Below, in pieces: positions 24,067-31,626 of a stretch of 32,000 nt of DNA; position 1 is the first letter of the stretch; every line of letters starts with the position of its first letter. The notes beneath the pieces were generated by a model. That model saw nothing but the letters and a program-made list of their open reading frames with translations. It did no database searches and was not told where the DNA came from. Origin of the DNA: Geotalea daltonii FRC-32 (GTDB lineage Bacteria > Desulfobacterota > Desulfuromonadia > Geobacterales > Geobacteraceae); contig NC_011979.1 in the NCBI RefSeq assembly GCF_000022265.1, positions 3,660,001 to 3,692,000 on the forward strand, read 5' to 3'. The position numbers and the translations under genes are program-made.

Positions 24067-24813
24067 TCAGAAGATTTCCCATTTTTTCAGAACGGCGATG
24101 GAATTGTAATTGGTCAGATCAAGATGTAATGGGGTTACGGAGACATGTCCACGGGAAACAGCGTGGTAATCGCTGCCGTCGATGTCCTTGAAATTAAGAT
24201 CGACGGTGCCTATCCAGTAGTAGTTGCGACCGCGGGGATCGACCTTGTCGACGATGGTCCCCTCGTAAGATCTCTTTCCCTGGGTTGTCACCAGGGGGGG
24301 GCGAATTCTCTCCCGGGGCAGGTCCGGGACATTGACATTGAGAAAGGTATCGGCCGGCAGCCCTTTTTCACGGACAGTGGCGGCAAGTTTCACAGCGAAT
24401 TGAGCTGCCGCGGCATAATTGGTTCCCTCGGCAGACGTTACCAGGGAGACGGCAATGGCCGGAATGCCCATCAGGGTGGCCTCCATTGCCGCTGAGACAG
24501 TGCCTGAATAGGTCACATCATCACCGAGATTAGCTCCGCGATTGATGCCGGAAACAACTATGTCCGGCTTGAAAGAAAGGAGGCTGTGGATGCCCAGATT
24601 GACGCAATCGGTCGGGGTACCGTCAACGGCAAATATATTCTCGCCGATCTTGTTGGCCCTAAGCGGGTGATGAAGGGTTAGTGCGTGACCGACAGCGCTC
24701 TGTTCCCTGTCCGGAGCAATCACGAATACCTGGCCAAGCACTGTCATTGCCTCAGCCAAGGCGTTGAGGCCGGGGGCGCGCACCCCGTCATCGTTGGTCA
24801 GGAGAATTTTCAA
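24067..24813 (-). CDS. surE: 5'/3'-nucleotidase SurE (248 aa, TTG start)
   Basis: MKILLTNDDGVRAPGLNALAEA..SGINRGANLGDDVTYSGTVSAAMEA. The start codon is TTG at 24813, with GAAGAGG upstream. Confidence 0.94.
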   Translation of the reverse strand: MKILLTNDDGVRAPGLNALAEAMTVLGQVFVIAPDREQSAVGHALTLHHPLRANKIGENIFAVDGTPTDCVNLGIHSLLSFKPDIVVSGINRGANLGDDVTYSGTVSAAMEATLMGIPAIAVSLVTSAEGTNYAAAAQFAVKLAATVREKGLPADTFLNVNVPDLPRERIRPPLVTTQGKRSYEGTIVDKVDPRGRNYYWIGTVDLNFKDIDGSDYHAVSRGHVSVTPLHLDLTNYNSIAVLKKWEIF

Positions 24814-24903
24814 GGTAGCCTCTTCGTCATACTTCCTCTTTATAAGGTACTAACCGGTTCTGCGCTTGTAAAGGCCGCAGCAAATTAATTTCATAGCAAT
24901 GGA

Positions 24904-25689
24904 TCAAGGAGATGCATTGCCTCTTCCAGCGAATCTGTTGCCAACGATATCGATTCCTTTAGTAGCAGCCCCCGTGGTGACCAGGACTGGAGCTGCCTCC
25001 CCACTGCCATAGAAACCAAGGATCTGCCCCTCCTGCGGCCGTCCACCACCGTAAAAATCCCTTATTTTCAGGTAATAGGTACCGCCCTGATGAAGGCCAA
25101 GGCGATAATTCCCCTTACGATCGGTCTTTGTGGAGACAAAAAGAGGCCTGCCTTTCATTTCCCGATTGGCATAGGCCAGGATCAGCACTCCCTCTACAGG
25201 TTTCCCATCACGATCGGCCACCGTGCCTTCTATGGCTGTTACCCCCTTCTGGAGGACGCCTTTAAAGGCCACACCGTCTGTAAAAGTGCCAATGTCCGCT
25301 TTTTCACCGGCTTTGACAACATGTATGAATGGTTTCCCGTTTTCGTCTTTTTTCAGAAAGAAAACGTCCCCCGGAGACAGCGGCCCGACCCCTTTTCCTT
25401 TGAGGCGCTTCATTCCTCCCAGGAAATAACTGCCGGCAGGGGCCTGGACGGTAAATCTTCCATCACCTTCAATCGGAAATGTACCGTCAGGAACTCGCCA
25501 GTAGCTTTCCGGTAAAGGAGGAGGACCGTTGGTCACATTGAAGAGATGGACGTACCCGTCGCCGGCCAGATCTTTCTGCAGCCACATCCATCTGCCGGAC
25601 AGGGTACCGGTTGCTGGTTCCTGGGCAATTGTGACTGCAGCTATGACTACTACCACAGATAAAGTGATAACTTGAACCAGTTTTTTCAT
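24904..25689 (-). CDS. Secreted protein with two carboxypeptidase-regulatory-like (CarboxypepD_reg) beta-sandwich repeats (261 aa)
   Basis: Real start taken as ATG 25689 (SD AAAGGAGGTG). This gives the signal peptide MKKLVQVITLSVVVVIAAVTIAQEP. The second repeat reads IEGTVADRDGKPVEGVLILAY..TDRKGNYRLGLHQGGTYYLKIR. Its start overlaps the cbiO stop (ATGA 25686-25689). The 31-aa extension in the track is rejected. Confidence 0.72.
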   Translation of the reverse strand: MKKLVQVITLSVVVVIAAVTIAQEPATGTLSGRWMWLQKDLAGDGYVHLFNVTNGPPPLPESYWRVPDGTFPIEGDGRFTVQAPAGSYFLGGMKRLKGKGVGPLSPGDVFFLKKDENGKPFIHVVKAGEKADIGTFTDGVAFKGVLQKGVTAIEGTVADRDGKPVEGVLILAYANREMKGRPLFVSTKTDRKGNYRLGLHQGGTYYLKIRDFYGGGRPQEGQILGFYGSGEAAPVLVTTGAATKGIDIVGNRFAGRGNASP

Positions 25690-26477
25690 GGGAGCACCTC
25701 CTTTTTCAGCGTTGAACTCAGCTGGGGGAAACATCCACAAACGGGACATCCCTGCATGGAAAGAGGCTTTTCCAGTCTGCATCGTGTAAGCAGTGCGTCA
25801 TTTTGAAAAATTTCCAGGGTAGGACCGTCCGCCTGGACCTTTCCCTCGTTAAGAATGATGGTTCGCTCGCAGAGGCAGATGACCATGTCCAGATCATGAC
25901 TGGTGAAAATTTTCGTATGATGGAAGTCCCGGAGAAGCTCCATGAGCTGGCGTCTGGAAAATGGATCCAACCCACTGGTAGGCTCGTCCATAACAAGGAT
26001 ATCCGGAGACATGGACAAGACCGTGGCAATGGCTACCCTCTTTTTCTCCCCCCCCGAAAGGTGGTGCGGCGCCTTCTCCTGCAGGTGCAGTGCGCCCACG
26101 TGCTCCAGAGCACATTTGACCCTGGCATCGACTTCCGCAGCCGGAAGGCCGATATTCATTGGCCCAAAAGCAACATCATCGTAAACGGTTGGCATAAAGA
26201 GCTGGTCGTCGGGATCCTGGAAGATCATGCCGACGGTCCGGCGGATATTCGGCAGGGTCGCCTTGCTCATGGGGAAATCACCAATGCGGATCTCTCCGGC
26301 AGTGGGCGTCAGATAACCGTTCAGGTGCAGCAGGAGCGTTGATTTGCCGGCGCCATTGGCGCCGATGATGGCCACCGATTCTCCATGGGTGATGCGAAAG
26401 GAAACATCATCAAGGGCTGCCGTACCATCGGGATAGACGTGGCGAAGATTTTTAACTTCAACGATATGATGACTCAT
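25686..26477 (-). CDS. cbiO: ECF-type (CbiO/EcfA) transporter ATPase
   Basis: Start taken as ATG 26477 (MSHHIVEVKNLRHVYPDG), overlapping the cbiQ stop by ATGA. Walker A GANGAGKST; signature LSGGEKKRVAIA; Walker B ILVMDEPTSGLD. Confidence 0.9.
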   Translation of the reverse strand: MSHHIVEVKNLRHVYPDGTAALDDVSFRITHGESVAIIGANGAGKSTLLLHLNGYLTPTAGEIRIGDFPMSKATLPNIRRTVGMIFQDPDDQLFMPTVYDDVAFGPMNIGLPAAEVDARVKCALEHVGALHLQEKAPHHLSGGEKKRVAIATVLSMSPDILVMDEPTSGLDPFSRRQLMELLRDFHHTKIFTSHDLDMVICLCERTIILNEGKVQADGPTLEIFQNDALLTRCRLEKPLSMQGCPVCGCFPQLSSTLKKEVLP

Positions 26478-27286
26478 GTGAATAGTTCCGTCACCAACGA
26501 TCCCACAAGCAGTGACAGATTTTCGCACCGCAGGATGAAGAAAGAGGTAGACCAGCAGAGGAGGAAGGCGGTTTCCCTCCTGCCAAAGGTGAATTGGTGA
26601 CGGGTATTGAAGTTCCCTTCAAAGCCCCTGGCCAGCATTGCCATGTGAACCCTCTCTGCCCTCAGCCAGGTCCTCAGAAGAAGATGACCCAGAAGAGGAA
26701 TAAAGCTTTTCATGCCCAACCCATTTTTACCATTGGCCCGCAGCTCCCGCGCCCGGGACACCCGGCTCCCCTCTTCTGCCAGGACAAAAATATACCTGTA
26801 GAGGAAAAGCAGCTGTACAGCAAAGGCCCGCGGCATGCCAAGCTTCTCCATTGCCCGGCAGATGGACGGAAAACCGGTGACGCACAGAAGGATTAGCGCC
26901 GCACTTATGGTAAGCGCAGATCGTATTAAGACCGAAGCGAAGGAAATCCAGCCACCGCTTATGGTCAGAGGCCCGAACTCCATCATCGTGCCCCGGTCAA
27001 ACAGCGGATTGAAGAGGGCGACAATGACGGCAAAAGGGCAGATTATGGCTACTTTTCTGGCAATGTAGCCCACGGGAAGGTCGGCAAGTGCAATAATTAC
27101 AGCCGGAAAAATGAAAAAAGGGAATACTGCGGAAAGTTCGTACTTGCCGAAAGAAACCACAGTCACGACAAAGGCAAGGGTAACCAACACCTTGGCGCGC
27201 GGGTCGAGGCGGTGGATTGCCGTATCCCCCTTTGCCAGCAAGTCCAGTCGTTTGAAGTCAAGTAATGCACTATCGATGGAGAGCAT
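26474..27286 (-). CDS. cbiQ: ECF-type transporter transmembrane (T) component, CbiQ/EcfT family (270 aa)
   Basis: N-terminal HRLDPRAKV motif, multiple TMs, and the conserved Arg-containing coupling helices (..SRARELRANG.. and ..AMLARGFEG..). No recognisable SD precedes ATG 27286. Confidence 0.85.
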   Translation of the reverse strand: MLSIDSALLDFKRLDLLAKGDTAIHRLDPRAKVLVTLAFVVTVVSFGKYELSAVFPFFIFPAVIIALADLPVGYIARKVAIICPFAVIVALFNPLFDRGTMMEFGPLTISGGWISFASVLIRSALTISAALILLCVTGFPSICRAMEKLGMPRAFAVQLLFLYRYIFVLAEEGSRVSRARELRANGKNGLGMKSFIPLLGHLLLRTWLRAERVHMAMLARGFEGNFNTRHQFTFGRRETAFLLCWSTSFFILRCENLSLLVGSLVTELFT

Positions 27287-27320
27287 GTCGTTAGAAATAA
27301 TAGATGGTAGTGAAGTCCCT

Positions 27321-27354
27321 TAAATAGAAAATGAGGCTGGATAATCAGCCTCAT
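27321..27354 (-). terminator. Rho-independent terminator or attenuator between the 19-codon ORF and cbiQ
   Basis: The minus strand reads ATGAGGCTG-ATTATC-CAGCCTCAT (27354-27331), a perfect 9-bp stem, followed by TTTCTATTT. It lies 26 nt after the small-ORF stop and 45 nt before the cbiQ ATG. Confidence 0.7.
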
Positions 27355-27380
27355 CTCTTTTCAACTTCATTGAAAATGAA

Positions 27381-27440
27381 TTAACAGGGATGAACAATTG
27401 CACTGCCGACGACTTTGGGTGCTACATATGTCTTTTTCAT
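27381..27440 (-). CDS. Unannotated 19-aa ORF MKKTYVAPKVVGSAIVHPC downstream of the B12-radical SAM gene (candidate modified-peptide precursor or leader peptide)
   Basis: Read by hand on the minus strand. SD AGAGGAGG sits 7 nt before ATG 27440, and the stop TAA is at 27383-27381. It lies 55 nt after the radical SAM stop and is followed by the terminator hairpin. It is too short for the supplied track. Confidence 0.5.
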   Translation of the reverse strand: MKKTYVAPKVVGSAIVHPC

Positions 27441-27495
27441 CAGAGCGCCTCCTCTCTTACCGTTATGAAATCATTTGCTGTTCTGCAGTAAATAC

Positions 27496-29004
27496 TTATG
27501 GAATCGGTGCAATGGCTTGGTGCATGGCAGGAGACTTATGGCCCTTAACCGTCTTGATCAGTGCCTTCACCTCGGGTGGCATCTCTTTTCCCTCCTTCAT
27601 GGCTGCTTTGATCTGCCCTGCCAGATAGGAGTGGTTGATGAAGATGTCCAGCACCGCCAGCATGAAATCCTTCTTCCACCCTCTGATCTTATCCAGATTC
27701 TGGAACTTGTGCATGTAGAATTTCTGCGCCGCCTTGCCCAGTTCCTTTTCCAGTTCATCCACGGACATGTTTATCGGTTTGAGAACCGGTTCCACCAGAT
27801 TGTACTTGCGATAGTCTTTGGTTACCACATATTTTTCCAGTTGTGGATAGAGTTCGGCATAGGGCCAGGGAGCGATGGCCAGGAAAAAAGCCATGTCCGG
27901 ATTGTAATGCTTGGCCAGCTCTATGGTGGCGGCAATGGATTCAGGGGTGTCTTCAGGCATGCCCAGGACGAATGAGGTCTCTGAAACTATATCGGCATTA
28001 TTGATGATGTCGATTGCCAGTTTTGACTGTTCTACCTTCGTATCCTTCTTGAAGAGATCCAACGTTTCCTGGGAGCCGGCCTCAACCCCCACATAGATAT
28101 GCTCGACCCCTGCCTTTCGATACTTGTCCATGATATCTGCATCGCGGAGAATATCATCGACGCGGGTTTCCATCAGAAGCTTGACTCCCACCTTGCGCTC
28201 GATCATCAGATCGAGGATCCGCACCCAGCGATCCCTGTCAAAGGTGGGAATCTCGTCGGAAAGCATTGCGACTTCAACGCCGTATTTGTTGTTCAGCATC
28301 TCCAGTTCGGCAATGAAATTCTCCGGACTTCTGGCTCGCCAGGTCTGGGCCCAGAAAAGCTGCTGGGAGCAGAAAGAACATTTCTGCTGACAACCTCGCG
28401 ACGAGGAAACGATAGCCAGTCTGGCATTATTCTTGGCACGATAGGTATAAATAGGCCATTCCACCAGGTCCCAAGCCGCCTGAAGGGAGTCCAGATCCTG
28501 TATATAGGGAGCCTTCGGGGTAGCAATGACGCTGCCACCGGAATAAAATGCCAAGCCGGGAACGGCAGCAGGATCCTCACCGGCATTGAGGCAATTCAGA
28601 AGGGACGGCAGTGTCACCTCCCCTTCGCCACGTACCACATAATCAATTACGTTATGATCTGCGGACAATAATTCTTCATAGCAGAAGGTAGCGTGGACAT
28701 TGCCAATGACCGTAACAACCTGCGGATTCACTGATTTGGCAAGTCGAACAAGTTCGACGGCATGAACTATGGAAGCGGTGTAGGCAGTTGTTGCAACCAC
28801 ATCAGGGTTGAATGCCTCGATCCGTTCCTGGATCTCAGGCCATTTGTGCCACAACGACATGGCGTCATAGTAGTCGACTTCGTAGCCCTGCGCCCGCAGG
28901 GCACCGGCAATATAGACAAGGCCCACGTTCAGCCAGGTGCCTGCAGACTCAACAACCCCTGAATGATAAGGGGGGGTGATGAGTGCCACCCGTTTTATAG
29001 TCAT
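27496..29004 (-). CDS. B12-binding-domain radical SAM enzyme (class B, 502 aa)
   Basis: N-terminal B12-binding Rossmann pattern VALITPPYHSG..GLVYIAGALRAQGYEVDYYDA. Radical SAM motif SSSRGCQQKCSFCSQ (CxxxCxxC). C-terminal tail typical of this class (..DYRKYNLVEPVLKPINMSVDELEKEL..). SD AAAGGAG sits 6 nt upstream of ATG 29004. Confidence 0.9.
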   Translation of the reverse strand: MTIKRVALITPPYHSGVVESAGTWLNVGLVYIAGALRAQGYEVDYYDAMSLWHKWPEIQERIEAFNPDVVATTAYTASIVHAVELVRLAKSVNPQVVTVIGNVHATFCYEELLSADHNVIDYVVRGEGEVTLPSLLNCLNAGEDPAAVPGLAFYSGGSVIATPKAPYIQDLDSLQAAWDLVEWPIYTYRAKNNARLAIVSSSRGCQQKCSFCSQQLFWAQTWRARSPENFIAELEMLNNKYGVEVAMLSDEIPTFDRDRWVRILDLMIERKVGVKLLMETRVDDILRDADIMDKYRKAGVEHIYVGVEAGSQETLDLFKKDTKVEQSKLAIDIINNADIVSETSFVLGMPEDTPESIAATIELAKHYNPDMAFFLAIAPWPYAELYPQLEKYVVTKDYRKYNLVEPVLKPINMSVDELEKELGKAAQKFYMHKFQNLDKIRGWKKDFMLAVLDIFINHSYLAGQIKAAMKEGKEMPPEVKALIKTVKGHKSPAMHQAIAPIP

Positions 29005-29045
29005 CGAGAACTCCTTTGAATTTAAACCACCAAATCATGGACATC

Positions 29046-29061
29046 AGCAATTATCATGCCG
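29046..29061 (-). promoter_or_regulatory. Sigma-54-type promoter candidate for the B12-radical SAM gene
   Basis: The minus strand reads CGGCATGATAATTGCT. It has GG-N10-GC spacing, GGCAtG against GGCACG, and an exact TTGCT -12 element. It lies 42-57 nt upstream of ATG 29004. Confidence 0.45.
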
Positions 29062-29206
29062 TCAAAAAGCCATCAACACCAAGCCCAAACAACAGTGCTT
29101 TCAAATACTTACAATAAAACTTCCATTGAGGCGTTACGGGTGATTGGTGAAATAACCGGTATAGCCAAAGCAAAGTAGCGTAAACGAACATAAAGAGAAC
29201 GTTTAG

Positions 29207-29566
29207 TTAATGAAAGGTCATATCGAAAACAAACCAGTAACCTATGCCAAAGGCAATGAACAGGATGATATGCTTTACCAAGAGCATTCGACGGCGTGTT
29301 CTTTCCGAGTCGACCCCATAGTAATTGTCAACATAGGTAAAAGTGCGTCCTGAGCCTGTCGCCATGATAATAACACCAGCGGCAACGCTCTGCCAGAAGA
29401 AGAGGTGCTCCAACTGGTTTAGTATTCCGGTCACCATCGGCTGTCGACCGTGCATATCATGGAGTACGGCAATGGCAATTATGGCCGCCAGCCAATAACC
29501 AGCTGCAAAATCATGGATAAATCCATTGAGAACAACAAGAGATTTCTTAACCTGCACCATGACCAA
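29207..29566 (-). CDS. Small integral membrane protein (about 3 TM, 117-119 aa), function unknown
   Basis: Hydrophobic segments AAGYWLAAIIAIAVL, LFFWQSVAAGVIIMATG and LLVKHIILFIAFGIGYWFVF. Start is TTG 29566 or ATG 29560, with only a weak SD. Confidence 0.6.
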   Translation of the reverse strand: MVMVQVKKSLVVLNGFIHDFAAGYWLAAIIAIAVLHDMHGRQPMVTGILNQLEHLFFWQSVAAGVIIMATGSGRTFTYVDNYYGVDSERTRRRMLLVKHIILFIAFGIGYWFVFDMTFH

Positions 29567-29626
29567 GCTCTCGGTAGCAATGCCGGCGTCAGAAAATTCA
29601 GAGGCCGGTAAACGCTCTTTATTAGT

Positions 29627-29645
29627 TAGTTTCCATCCGGAAACT
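29627..29645. promoter_or_regulatory. Palindromic site 1: GTTTCC-ATCC-GGAAAC
   Basis: Perfect 6-bp arms at 29629-29644. With its flanks it is the exact inverse complement of 29789-29805 (TAGTTTCCATCCGGAAA vs TTTCCGGATGGAAACTA). Confidence 0.6.
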
Positions 29646-29663
29646 CCGGATGATAAACTGGTG

Positions 29664-29679
29664 GTTTCCGATTCGGAAA
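29664..29679. promoter_or_regulatory. Palindromic site 2: GTTTCCGATTCGGAAA
   Basis: TTTCCGA-T-TCGGAAA, with perfect 7-bp arms and the same TTTCC..GGAAA core as sites 1 and 3. Confidence 0.55.
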
Positions 29680-29788
29680 GAGGGGATTTTTTGTTCTGGC
29701 AAGGAAATCAAGGGCTTGAGCGGAGACGTACATCGGTACGTCGCACAAGTAAGCCCGCAGATTGACGCCGCCAGGGCAGAAAAGAACC

Positions 29789-29805
29789 CTTTCCGGATGG
29801 AAACT
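29789..29805. promoter_or_regulatory. Palindromic site 3: CTTTCC-GGAT-GGAAAC
   Basis: 5/6-bp arms. Like site 1 it is followed by GGAAACTnnnnATGATAA (29639-29656 vs 29799-29816). Confidence 0.6.
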
Positions 29806-30076
29806 AGTTATGATAAGTCCTTGGCATTATGGCATAAATGATTTACCGGTACAATTCTATTTTTAATCTGTTGTTAATGCACCATTCCGCCGTTGATGGC
29901 AAACTGGTTATTCCTTGACTAGACAAAGGTCCGTAAGCTACTATTTCCCTACCTGCATGATGAGCCCGCTGATGTTTGAGCTGTTTTTTTGTTCACTGCT
30001 GCCATAAAAAGCAGCAGCCCTACCTGATCACCTGGCAGCTATGCTGTATTTCTGGCCTATCCGATACGACCTTGAT

Positions 30077-30092
30077 TGGCTCAAACCTTGCT
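30077..30092 (+). promoter_or_regulatory. Sigma-54-type promoter candidate for the LuxE-like gene
   Basis: TGGCTCAAACCTTGCT fits TGGCAC-N5-TTGCW with one mismatch. It lies about 50-65 nt upstream of ATG 30143, whose SD CAGGAG sits 8 nt upstream. Confidence 0.5.
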
Positions 30093-30142
30093 AGAACAGT
30101 TCCCGGGTGTTAAGCAACAACCACTAAACAGGAGTCCATTTT

Positions 30143-31612
30143 ATGGCCACAACTGATAGTACAAGTCATCGTCTCACTGAAGAAGTTCTCGGATTTATTC
30201 AAGCAGGAGTTGACGCCGAGCTTTCGGATGCCCAATTCAATGACTATTCAATGCAACTGTTCGCATTGCAGTACCAGAACAACGCCATCTTCAGGGAATT
30301 CTGCGACGCCAAGAAAGTCAAACCGGGTGATATCAGTCGCTGGCAGGATGTCCCTTTGGTCTACAATGATGTCTTCAAGACACATCTGGTTGCATCTTTT
30401 CCTTTGGAACAGTCGGTGATGGCATGTCTGACCGGCGGCACAACCAGCCTCACCCAGCGCGGTCGCATTTTCAGGGATGAGGACGGGAAACGCCTCGTCT
30501 TTGGTGCAAACAGGATGATGACCGAATCATACCTGTTCCCCGATTTTGAGGAGGGAAAACGTTGCCGCATCCTCATCCTTGCTCCTAGCCCTGAACTGGC
30601 ACCATCCATGGGAATGGCCATCGGCATGGATCAGACAAGACAGGCGTTCGGCACTCCGGACAGCATGTTCCTGCTTGGAAAAACCGGCATTGACGTGAAA
30701 AACCTGCTTACAGCACTACACGAAGCTGAGTCAAGCGGGATACCTGTGGCACTGATCGGCGCAACCGCTGCATATGTCTATTTCTTCCAGGCCTGCCGCC
30801 GGAAAAAAATGAAATTCAAGCTTCCCCCAGGAAGCCGAGTCTGCGACGGCGGCGGTTATCGTGGGCGCTTCGGCGTAGTTACCCGCGATGATTACTATGA
30901 AATGGTCAGAGAGATACTTGACGTTCCGGATACCCACTGTGTAAACGTTCTCGGTGAAGCCGAAACCGCCACCAATTTGTTTGACGATGCATTACGCCGC
31001 CATATGAAAGGTCTTTCGCCCCGCAAACGGGTTCGTCCTGTACCTCCATGGTCACGGGTGCTGGCCATGAATATCGACGATCTCAGCCCTCTGCCCGATG
31101 GCGAAGTCGGCTTGCTCGCCCATTGGGACCTGGCCAATGTACCGACTGTACTGGCCGTCATAACCGACAACCTCGGTTACACAACTGATAACGGTACCGG
31201 CTGTGAAATGGTGGGGCGTGCCAAAATTGAGAACGGCAAGGTATCACCGCTGCCTGATGAGGACCGGACCATGGGTCCCATGGGCGACAATGCCGTTTTC
31301 AGGATGTTGGAAGCGTACACCAACTTTTCCATTGACCTGAAGATGCGCTTTGCCAAAAGCCCCAAGGTCAAACCGAGCATCAGGGAAGAGGTCGAAGCAC
31401 GTCCCGGTTCTCTGCCGTCATGTCCCCAGGTCGTCGATGAGATCCTGGTTTCTCAGGCGAGCAAAGAAGCCGCAGAACTGCGCGACGCAGCCCTTGGGGC
31501 ATTCAAGGATCAAACCGAGCGGCCGCTTGACTGGTACAAGGCCGAAGAGAAAAAACAGGAACTGAAGGATCACCCTGCGGGACTGCAATCGGAAAAACTG
31601 CCAAAAAAATAA
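30143..31612 (+). CDS. LuxE-like acyl-protein synthetase / adenylate-forming enzyme family protein (489 aa); function tentative
   Basis: The N-terminal pattern FNDYSMQLFALQYQNNAIFREFCDAKKVKPGDISRWQDVPLVYNDVFKTH followed by LTGGTTSLTQRG resembles LuxE-type acyl-protein synthetases (..Q..N..Y..F..i..iP.lp...FK.. then the (S/T)GTT phosphate loop). The C-terminal ~90 aa is charged and low-complexity. Confidence 0.55.
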   Translation: MATTDSTSHRLTEEVLGFIQAGVDAELSDAQFNDYSMQLFALQYQNNAIFREFCDAKKVKPGDISRWQDVPLVYNDVFKTHLVASFPLEQSVMACLTGGTTSLTQRGRIFRDEDGKRLVFGANRMMTESYLFPDFEEGKRCRILILAPSPELAPSMGMAIGMDQTRQAFGTPDSMFLLGKTGIDVKNLLTALHEAESSGIPVALIGATAAYVYFFQACRRKKMKFKLPPGSRVCDGGGYRGRFGVVTRDDYYEMVREILDVPDTHCVNVLGEAETATNLFDDALRRHMKGLSPRKRVRPVPPWSRVLAMNIDDLSPLPDGEVGLLAHWDLANVPTVLAVITDNLGYTTDNGTGCEMVGRAKIENGKVSPLPDEDRTMGPMGDNAVFRMLEAYTNFSIDLKMRFAKSPKVKPSIREEVEARPGSLPSCPQVVDEILVSQASKEAAELRDAALGAFKDQTERPLDWYKAEEKKQELKDHPAGLQSEKLPKK

Positions 31613-31626
31613 TTACCAATAAAAAT

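Noticed and set aside
24294-24301. G8 homopolymer in surE and C8 in cbiO (26048-26055) as phase-variation tracts
   Set aside because: Both are in frame and encode conserved residues (Pro-Pro; the SGGE of the ABC signature) in housekeeping-type genes. Nothing suggests they are switches.
27287-27495. Cobalamin riboswitch upstream of cbiQ
   Set aside because: The region is only ~200 nt and is taken up by the SD, the 19-codon ORF and one hairpin. No B12-box-like sequence was seen.
1286-28671. Other large shadow ORFs antisense to well-supported genes: 1286..1993-, 17368..18261-, 20286..20912+, 21691..22434+, 22745..23842+, 25803..26342+, 27475..27975+, 28099..28671+
   Set aside because: Each lies opposite a gene with strong family motifs (ABC, HlyD, DctP, apt, rpoS/pcm, cbiO, B12-rSAM). 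None has recognisable motifs or an SD.
29005-29206. A ~45-codon minus-strand ORF (MFVYATLLWLYRLFHQ..) between the 3-TM protein gene and the B12-rSAM gene
   Set aside because: It has no SD and overlaps the sigma-54-like promoter. Its composition looks non-coding.
29620-29810. A riboswitch or structured ncRNA closed by the 17-nt inverted repeat (29627-29643 with 29789-29805)
   Set aside because: I could not match it by eye to any riboswitch class I know (no B12 box, no GEMM-like or Moco-like conserved cores). Each arm is itself a palindrome and a third related palindrome lies between them, which fits protein-binding sites better. It remains possible, so a covariance-model scan (Rfam) would settle it.
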